The notes below the pieces were generated by a model that saw nothing but the letters and a program-made list of their open reading frames with translations, was not told the DNA's origin and ran no database searches. 45,495 bases of DNA from Octopus bimaculoides (taxonomy: Eukaryota). The stretch lies in the NCBI RefSeq assembly GCF_001194135.2, contig NC_068988.1:10485113-10530607 (forward strand), written 5' to 3'. Position 1 is the first letter of the stretch; every line of letters begins with the position of its first letter. This document shows positions 37,002 through 45,495 of this stretch, in pieces. A program made the translations under genes and the position numbers.

Positions 37002-37806
37002 NNNNNNNNNNNNNNNNNNNNNNNNNNNNNNNNNNNNNNNNNNNNNNNNNNNNNNNNNNNNNNNNNNNNNNNNNNNNNNNNNNNNNNNNNNNNNNNNNNN
37101 NNNNNNNNNNNNNNNNNNNNNNNNNNNNNNNNNNNNNNNNNNNNNNNNNNNNNNNNNNNNNNNNNNNNNNNNNNNNNNNNNNNNNNNNNNNNNNNNNNNN
37201 NNNNNNNNNNNNNNNNNNNNNNNNNNNNNNNNNNNNNNNNNNNNNNNNNNNNNNNNNNNNNNNNNNNNNNNNNNNNNNNNNNNNNNNNNNNNNNNNNNNN
37301 NNNNNNNNNNNNNNNNNNNNNNNNNNNNNNNNNNNNNNNNNNNNNNNNNNNNNNNNNNNNNNNNNNNNNNNNNNNNNNNNNNNNNNNNNNNNNNNNNNNN
37401 NNNNNNNNNNNNNNNNNNNNNNNNNNNNNNNNNNNNNNNNNNNNNNNNNNNNNNNNNNNNNNNNNNNNNNNNNNNNNNNNNNNNNNNNNNNNNNNNNNNN
37501 NNNNNNNNNNNNNNNNNNNNNNNNNNNNNNNNNNNNNNNNNNNNNNNNNNNNNNNNNNNNNNNNNNNNNNNNNNNNNNNNNNNNNNNNNNNNNNNNNNNN
37601 NNNNNNNNNNNNNNNNNNNNNNNNNNNNNNNNNNNNNNNNNNNNNNNNNNNNNNNNNNNNNNNNNNNNNNNNNNNNNNNNNNNNNNNNNNNNNNNNNNNN
37701 NNNNNNNNNNNNNNNNNNNNNNNNNNNNNNNNNNNNNNNNNNNNNNNNNNNNNNNNNNNNNNNNNNNNNNNNNNNNNNNNNNNNNNNNNNNNNNNNNNNN
37801 NNNNNN
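37002..37806. other. Assembly gap between (CTT)n and (TA)n
   Basis: N run. Confidence 0.99.
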
Positions 37807-37981
37807 ATATATATATATATATATACATACATATATGTATATATATTTACACACATATATATATACATATAGATACATATATAAATATACATGTATATAT
37901 ATGTATATGTGTATATACACGCATGTATATATGTATGGATATATATACACATATATATGTACATATATACACACATGTATG

Positions 37982-38012
<31 letters not shown>

Positions 38013-38068
38013 TATATACACATGTATATATGTATGTACGTATATGTATGTACGTATGTAAATGGTAG

Positions 38069-38099
<31 letters not shown>

Positions 38100-38220
38100 C
38101 GTGTGTGTGTGCGTGTGTGTGTGAAAGAGAGAGAGAGTGTATATATGTATCTATTAATCTATCTATATTTATATCTGTGCCTCTTTCTCTCTCTCGATAC
38201 GTGTGTATATATGTATATGA
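37807..38220. repeat. TA/TACA/TG/GA low-complexity array
   Basis: Read directly. Confidence 0.9.
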
Positions 38221-38529
38221 AAACGCCATTAAATTATTGATGCTGTAAATGATTTTCTGATATTTGAGGAGGCAATCTTTTTCTTTAGTAATATAATGGA
38301 TGTTACACTTAAGAAGAAATGCCTCCGAAAGTGGTATTAGAAAATATAAGAAAAATAATTCAACGCTGCCTTCTTAAGTAATTGTCAAGATATGTACTTT
38401 CCAACGATTTCACCGGCATACAGTACCGGTAGAATCGTCAACACAGTGGACAATATATTTCGTTTTATTTCGTCAGTCTTTATGTTCTAAGATCAAATGC
38501 CATTTTGGGGTTGAGAAATTATATACCAA

Positions 38530-38607
38530 TTTAACATTGGGGTCGATGTAGTCGACTTAAACTCTCCTCCTAAAATTCGAGGCCTGTGTCTATAGTAGAA
38601 AAGATTA
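38530..38607 (+). mobile_element. SINE family A 3' fragment
   Basis: ggggtcgatgtagtcgactt...aaaattcgaggcctgtgtctatagtagaaa. Confidence 0.75.
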
Positions 38608-38649
38608 TGTGACATAACTGTAAGGAAGAAAGCCGGCGGAATCATACTA

Positions 38650-38706
38650 TTACATCCATTTGTTGTTTACACCACCTGTCTTTGTTTTTTTTCGTGAATT
38701 CTCCCC
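38650..38706 (+). mobile_element. Same terminal repeat family as 15225-15360, 3' fragment
   Basis: tacatccatttgttgtttacaccacctgtctttg...aattctcccct then (TA)n. Confidence 0.55.
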
Positions 38707-38729
38707 TATATATATATATATATATATAT

Positions 38730-39314
38730 NNNNNNNNNNNNNNNNNNNNNNNNNNNNNNNNNNNNNNNNNNNNNNNNNNNNNNNNNNNNNNNNNNNNNNN
38801 NNNNNNNNNNNNNNNNNNNNNNNNNNNNNNNNNNNNNNNNNNNNNNNNNNNNNNNNNNNNNNNNNNNNNNNNNNNNNNNNNNNNNNNNNNNNNNNNNNNN
38901 NNNNNNNNNNNNNNNNNNNNNNNNNNNNNNNNNNNNNNNNNNNNNNNNNNNNNNNNNNNNNNNNNNNNNNNNNNNNNNNNNNNNNNNNNNNNNNNNNNNN
39001 NNNNNNNNNNNNNNNNNNNNNNNNNNNNNNNNNNNNNNNNNNNNNNNNNNNNNNNNNNNNNNNNNNNNNNNNNNNNNNNNNNNNNNNNNNNNNNNNNNNN
39101 NNNNNNNNNNNNNNNNNNNNNNNNNNNNNNNNNNNNNNNNNNNNNNNNNNNNNNNNNNNNNNNNNNNNNNNNNNNNNNNNNNNNNNNNNNNNNNNNNNNN
39201 NNNNNNNNNNNNNNNNNNNNNNNNNNNNNNNNNNNNNNNNNNNNNNNNNNNNNNNNNNNNNNNNNNNNNNNNNNNNNNNNNNNNNNNNNNNNNNNNNNNN
39301 NNNNNNNNNNNNNN
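38730..39314. other. Assembly gap flanked by (TA)n
   Basis: N run. Confidence 0.99.
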
Positions 39315-39350
<36 letters not shown>

Positions 39351-39939
39351 CAGATATATGTATTTATATATACATATACATATATATTTATGATGTATAA
39401 ATTAACTAATATGCATATGATCATGTATGAATTGATTGCAGTTGAACTAAGAAACTTGAGATTCCAAAATGCCGACATTTTAAAAGTAAGTGAGAGATAT
39501 TTGATGATATGTTGTCGAATACTAAATAACAGAACTAAAGGACCGGATCGTTATAAATGGGATTTCTTTGAACATGATATACTGGGAATTAAACATGGCT
39601 TCATTGATCTCGTTATGTGTCTTTTACCTCGACCTATTTCCTCATACTGATCCCTGTCATTGCAAAGGAGGTGTATATTTGAATATCGTTTTAGATCTCC
39701 AGAATGGTGAATACCAACACTTCACACATGCACACATGCAAATAAACATGGACACACACATGCGCGTGTACATCAACACGCACAGACTTACACTCACCAC
39801 ACATACATACGCGCATCGAAACACAAGCACAGAGAAGGACAAACCAACTCAACATATATTCCTTCAAAATCTTCCCGTACCATGCTCCTGTGTATTCTTC
39901 TGTAAGTAATTAATATCTATCCATATATGCGGTGTGTAT

Positions 39940-39951
39940 GTGTGTGCATTT

Positions 39952-40034
<83 letters not shown>

Positions 40035-40157
40035 NNNNNNNNNNTATATATATATATATATGTTTAAATATTTATAGATAGATATATAGAAAGACAAATA
40101 GATTGTTAGGCATGTAGATAGATAGATAGATAGATAGATATTTGCATATATAAATAT

Positions 40158-40243
<86 letters not shown>

Positions 40244-40265
40244 ATCTATATATATATATATCTAT
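39940..40265. repeat. Compound TA/TG/GATA microsatellite
   Basis: Read directly. Confidence 0.9.
40035..40044. other. Short assembly gap between (TG)n and (TA)n
   Basis: 10 N. Confidence 0.99.
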
Positions 40266-40413
40266 AGGTAGGGTGCTTATGTATGTTATATATCAGAACG
40301 CTACTTTAATCCTTGAATCTTAAAATCTAAGGGAATTCATATGCAAATTATTTCCCTCTTTTTCACTCGTCTTTCATAATGTAATGCATTGAATAATGGT
40401 TTTCCATTTGCAG

Positions 40414-40550
40414 AGCACATTCATGTGTGCACGCAACGTGTGCCTATCCGAAAGCTCATGCACACATCAGCACTCACTCATGCAGAAACATACTCACGCA
40501 AATGCATGGAGGTTTTATATGCAAAACATTTATTCTCCGAATTATGCCAG
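40414..40550 (+). pseudogene. Decayed EGF-like exon
   Basis: Acceptor tttccatttgcag; CARNVCLSESSC (C-x4-C-x5-C), then with two shifts YSRKCME/GFICKTF (expected YSCKCxxGFxGxxC); the likely donor position reads CAG|ATATAA. Confidence 0.55.
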
Positions 40551-40691
40551 ATATAAAACGTGACTATAATTATTTTCAACCATTTTCTATACAATTTCTA
40601 CGTGGCTGTTCGGGAAAGAGTGAACATGATAAATATATGGAGATATTCATATTCAACATCTTTATAATATATTTCTCGTTTAACATTTCAG

Positions 40692-40780
40692 AGCAAGTCA
40701 CTGTGCCTTGTGACATCTTGCATGCAACATGTTACATTGCTATATGTCTGTGTGAGCCAATGTTTGGAGATAGATGTAAA
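40692..40780 (+). pseudogene. EGF-like exon with 5 of 6 cysteines
   Basis: Acceptor tttaacatttcag; EQVTVPCDILHATCYIAICLCEPMFGDRCK in phase 1; donor uncertain. Confidence 0.55.
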
Positions 40781-41111
40781 GTTAAAGCTAGAAAATCTCT
40801 GCGTTTAGCTATATTAATTGATCACTACACATGGCAGCTATTATTTTTATTGGACATCTGTTGTTCGTAAGAATACAGAAGATAAGACGTTCAAAGATCC
40901 AATAGTAATGAAAAATGAGTTTGAAATGAAGCAAGATTCCAGATTGTAAGATGGTATGCAAAATAAGGGAAACAGAGTAATCCTTCTAATATATTTTACT
41001 TTGTTTTTAAGTTCATTCTGTATCATGCATTATAAGCATTTCTTTTAGCTGATTGAAAGCATAGCAGTGCAGTTAAGACCAAGGGGTTTCTGGTTTTCTG
41101 GTTCGGATCCA

Positions 41112-41114
<3 letters not shown>

Positions 41115-41170
<56 letters not shown>
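41115..41170. repeat. (TA)n microsatellite
   Basis: Read directly. Confidence 0.97.
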
Positions 41171-41173
<3 letters not shown>

Positions 41174-41540
41174 TACATGTGTGTCTGTCTGTCTGTTTGT
41201 GTGTGTTTAAATGCAATTAAACTTCGGTGTTAAACTTGCAATTTAATATTTTAAGGTCATTAACAGTAAAGGGCTTTTGGATATTATTATGAATTGGACG
41301 TAAATATTTAACAGATAATACTTGTAAAAAAACATACAGTCTGTAGAATTAATATAATTATTACTACGGAGAGTGGAGCGACCATATTGATTTATTCGAT
41401 AAATGAAGTAATCTTCCACTGGCATTCGAACTCAACAGTATTACTATACTATTACATAATATACGCAACTGTAAAATTCGGGACGTATCTGTATATCTCT
41501 TCATTTACACGTCAGATTGTATATTATACATTTAACTCAG

Positions 41541-41739
41541 AGGGGACAAACAAGGACAGACAAACGGATAAAGTGGATTATATCAATCCTAGTGCGTAAC
41601 TGGTACTTATTTGATCGACCCCGAAAGAATGAAAGACAAAGTCAACCTCAGCGGAATTTGAACTTAGAACGTAGTGGCAGAAGTAATACCGCTGAACATT
41701 TCGCCCGGCGTGCTAACATTTCTGCCAGCTCACCACCCT
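41541..41739 (-). mobile_element. SINE family A, near full length
   Basis: taactggtacttatttgatcgaccccgaaagaatgaaagacaaagtcaacctcagcggaatttgaac. Confidence 0.9.
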
Positions 41740-41751
41740 AACGTTTCTGCT

Positions 41752-41753
<2 letters not shown>

Positions 41754-41846
<93 letters not shown>

Positions 41847-41866
41847 GCACACACACACACACACAC
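41754..41866. repeat. (CA)n microsatellite
   Basis: Read directly. Confidence 0.97.
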
Positions 41867-42504
41867 ATGTATTCTCACACATAGAGAACAAGTTACGATT
41901 TGAATATTTCAGGCAATGCATATGAAATCAGAGGTAATATCGTCCCCTGTCTCCAGAAAGTTTGTAAATCATACGACTGCTTAAGAGATTATCCGTTTAT
42001 AATTATATCTTTAATACAGCAGATATCTGCTGAGTTTTGCTGATCTGTTAGATATAAAGACAGTATGTACATTTCTCAACAGAGAGATCAAGTATAAGAC
42101 ACTAGAAAATCCATGGTTCACACTTGCACATATCGTCACCTAAATATATACAATCATGTGGAAGTCAGACAAAGATACAGTAGATAACATGTTAAATAGC
42201 AGGCTTCGACGGCCGCTGATAGAAAGAATACCGTCGAAGAAAGTTCTATGCTGACTGAATTGAATTATAATTCTCGTGTTACTACATATATAGCGATACC
42301 ATAAATTACGTTTACAATTTCAAGATTTAAGGAAGAAATGCAAAATATTGATAGCTCAACAGAGTTTGTTGGAAAACATATGAAGAAATAAATATAGTTT
42401 TCAGTTTTATATTTAAGAGATGAGGAATTATGTACATTATTTACATCAGGTGTCTTGGGGAAATTTAGAACCTGCGTTCTCATTCCTGATGTATTTTTTG
42501 ATGT

Positions 42505-42509
42505 TGTTG

Positions 42510-42548
<39 letters not shown>

Positions 42549-42625
42549 TCACTGCTTAGAATCGAACTCGGAATCTTGCGGTTATTAGCCCGCGCTCTTA
42601 ACCACTACGCCATATGCCCACGGGC
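42505..42625 (-). mobile_element. Short tRNA-head SINE (family C) with (AAT)n tail
   Basis: Revcomp gggcatatggcgtagtggttaagagcgcgggctaataaccgcaagattccgagttcgattct has A-box TGGCGTAGTGG and B-box GAGTTCGATTC; no full acceptor stem. Confidence 0.8.
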
Positions 42626-42929
42626 ATCTTCGTCAAACGTAAATAATGTAAATAATGAGCCTTTTCATGCCGAAATTAGCGCGATCATTTGCATATCAAT
42701 TTTGTAAATTTTATTTCTAGTCTATTTACCTTTAGTCATCAGAGTAAATTATATCACCCTTTCGACTTATATTCTTGCCGTTTCGAAAATTTTATGGTAT
42801 CATAAAAGCATCATGTGAGTATCTTCGTAAAATCGTTGGTGGATGTGAAGATAAGATATGATGAATATTTTTATTTGTCGGTGAAAGTTCTGCAACATTA
42901 TACTGAACAACTTACACAAAGGATTTTTA

Positions 42930-43150
42930 AGCTCCTGATCAGATGTCTGTGGTGCACGTCAACTCACTACTCCATCGAATCGACGTGGCTTGCAATGGTG
43001 CTCGGTGTGCCACACGTCAAGTGCCAAAATGATCGTCGATCAATGTGTGATGAAGTGTTTTGCACAAGAACACAACACACTGCCCAGTCCAGGAATTGAA
43101 ACGACGATCTCGCGACTGTGAGTGGAACAGCCTAACTGCTAGACCATGTG
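42930..43150 (-). mobile_element. tRNA-derived SINE (family D)
   Basis: Revcomp has a tRNA-like head (tggtctagcagttagg...gtttcaattcc) followed by tgttgtgttcttgtgcaaaacactt. Confidence 0.65.
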
Positions 43151-43826
43151 ATCGGACGATTGTGAATATGATATGTAATAATACGTAACAGTCCCTTGTT
43201 TGCATAGCAATAAGTATAAGCCATTCTGGTAATTATGTTTTGTAATTAATCATTTTAACAAATACAGATTAAAATCCTTCAACATATTTTCCCATGGTTT
43301 GCATTTATATGAATATTAACAGATTTCACTCTAAGCCAATTTATGTCTCATGGTGAAATTGTGTGCATGATACAATCGAAATAATCCAATTACAGGACCT
43401 CACAACATTTTTCCCTAGCGTAGGATCGCATTAACGTATGGCGTTCCACGTGTTATTAATTCTATATTGAAATGCAATTCTGTAAAATAGCAGATATACT
43501 GCATTGCATGATGATGATGCAGCATTCCTGGAGTCGACAAACTTTGGGTAATAGATTAACCAGTTATCAAGTGTAATTATTCCTTGAAGTATTAAACAAA
43601 CGTTCGATTTATTTTGCTCTTTATTTTTCGCTAGATAGAACACAAAGAAGGCGAAAATGTATTCAACCAATTATTTACGCCCTTCGAATCCTTACGATAT
43701 CTACTTTGATATTCATTCATCTGGAGTTGAGAGAATAATTACCAATCAAACACTGACATTAATTTAATCAACCTTCGTTTCCGGAAACATTTTGGGCAAT
43801 GTGCCTATACGAGCGTGTCAAAATAA

Positions 43827-45410
43827 ATGCAAGTTTTCTTCAGAAGTACTGCATTGTTACTATTCAATTTGGTACTTGTGTGTCTTGTTCAAGCTTCAGC
43901 TTCATGTTCCCAAAGTTGTGCTGTCGATTTATTCTCATATTTCCCTTTACTTTTTTTAACTTGCCTCACTGGCCTGCAAGCATACTGTGGTACCGCCTTC
44001 AAGGTTTTAGCAAAAGAAATTGAAGCCGGCGCTTATTTTTTAAAGTCTCGTAATTAAATCTCGGTCTCCTTTTGCCTAGACGTGAAGTTAAAATGTCATA
44101 AACAAAGCAACACCGGTTTTCACGCGATGGTCGGTACCACACACAGATACACACATTTGACGCACTTTTAAACATTTCCCGCTACCGAATCACAATGCTC
44201 CGGTTGTCTCGGGATTATAGAAAAGACTTATCCAAGTTTTGAGATTTTTCTCCAAGACGTATCATTTGGAAGCAGACTTCCTACTACACGGCCACACCTG
44301 AACCTGTATGCTTGTTTCCCTTTGTTTACAAGCTCTAGTTAACTACATTCTTATCATCTGCGTGTAAATTATAATTAAGATAAATCGGAGGCATGGAAAT
44401 ACACAGCTTATTTAGTTCTGCAAATTATATTTGGGGGTAACTTTCAAATGTCTTCATTTTGGCGCGCTGAGGCCGGAAATTACCGCAGCTAATTGTATAT
44501 ATATATATCCATGTAATTTCAATAAAGGTACTAAAATGACTTCACATATACCGACAGAATCTTTGCTTCATCTGATATATAATACCATAGAACTAGTCAG
44601 ACTACTTCTCGGCTTCTCTTGAGAGTAATGAACTGGCAGTTCCAGTATGTAGTTAATTATATATAGCAATGTAAATGCACTAAGTATTCCAAGAACAACC
44701 TCTTTTCTATAGAAATATAATGTGAACAAACACCATGTAGAAAATGATTAAACTTTGAGCAATTCCACATGATAAAACAGAAAGTGTACAAATTCTTTAC
44801 TCACTTCTGGATACCATTCAATTTCCCTATCTAACATTTTTCACCGAGTATTTCACTGACCTTAAACACAAGAAGCTTGGACATATGAAGGAATAATCTG
44901 CTTTGCCAATAGTGAAATATAGCAGAATCCACGTACATTTGCCACTTATCTATATCGAAAATCTATGTTATAATTGTTTTCTTTTAGAGCTCGATACTAC
45001 ATGCGCATCACCATTAATTGTAAGCTGTTTCAATAATATTAATTCCCTCCCTGACAACAACATTTCAAGAATTTATCGGAACGTGTTCCTGTCAGGAACG
45101 CTTTTTGTGTATTGATAACCTCACAGGAATTTACAGTTCCAAAATACGCTTAGATTTTTGTTATATTGAATCTCATTCAATAAGAATCTTTTTTTGGTGT
45201 TTTTTGCGAAATTTTGAATACTAAATAATTTTGCCGTCCAGCTCCAATTATCGATTTCTGCCTGTTGAAGTTTCCATACGGATAAAAGTGAATTGATACA
45301 GACTGTTTTGATATATTTCCTGCTATACAGGATTACATATTTTCTCCAACTTCTATTGTGATGTACGTTCTTGTTACATATAAATATTTTCATATGTGAT
45401 TTAATGCATG
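43827..45410 (+). pseudogene. Decayed secreted/membrane LRR protein gene (signal peptide, LRRNT, several LRRs, LRRCT), interrupted by a SINE
   Basis: In order: MQVFFRSTALLLFNLVLVCLVQASASCSQSC (43827), SHIPTESLLHLIYNTIE (44542-44592), YFTDLKH then SLDI*RNNL (44874-44900), LPDNNISRIYRNVF (45047-45088), TLRFLLY*ISFNK, NIFICD (45383-45400); many stops and frameshifts. Confidence 0.65.
43950..44298 (-). mobile_element. SINE family B, approximately full length, diverged
   Basis: Head (revcomp caggtgtggccgtgtagtaggaagtctgcttcc), internal CA repeat and 3' ggtaccgccttcaagg all occur in order. Confidence 0.75.
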
Positions 45411-45495
45411 CCTCATACACGTACATACATGCATGCATATATACATACATACATACATACGTACATATATATACATATATACATACATATATATA

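Noticed and set aside
670-39650. Long ORFs (150-450 aa) in the ORF track that span N runs
   Set aside because: Their length comes from X codons and TA/CTT repeats; not coding evidence.
39400-39760. Minus-strand LRR-like words (AFWNLKFLSS, EIPFITIRSF)
   Set aside because: Too few consensus positions and many stops.
42545-42625. Candidate tRNA gene
   Set aside because: A and B boxes are present, but there is no complete cloverleaf and it runs into (AAT)n; treated as a SINE head.
43431-43670. LRR-like words on both strands (IPGVDKLWVID plus; FYLAKNK and YPKFVDSRN minus)
   Set aside because: Equally plausible in both orientations, which illustrates chance matching in AT-rich DNA; not called.
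1-45495. CRISPR arrays, prokaryotic operons, rRNA, LTRs, intact transposases
   Set aside because: No regular repeat-spacer structure, long ORFs or paired LTRs were seen; the sequence is eukaryotic repeat-rich DNA.

Overview
AT-rich animal genomic DNA from a gapped short-read assembly, with 9 N-gaps that mostly abut (TA)n. The SINE families and dense microsatellites are ones I recognise from Octopus genomes; the taxon is an inference from memory, not a search. I can support no intact protein-coding gene, and most long ORF-track entries are microsatellite or N-gap artefacts. Repeats include about 20 tRNA-derived SINE copies from roughly 4 families, R4/Dong-like and CR1-like LINE fragments, Penelope-like termini and many simple repeats. 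The main signal lies between the repeats. Manual translation across stops and frameshifts repeatedly gives leucine-rich-repeat (LRR) motifs and LRR N- and C-caps on both strands. It also gives a Ser/Thr/Pro stalk + transmembrane + cytoplasmic-tail relic and two decayed EGF exons. I read this as a cluster of about 10 or more decayed LRR surface-receptor genes, but LRR consensus matches AT-rich DNA easily, so this needs a frameshift-aware HMM test. Also seen: a perfect 134-bp inverted duplication beside a gap, a dimeric SINE bounded by a 14-bp direct repeat, and a (TA)n-embedded inverted-repeat element with a hammerhead-like core.
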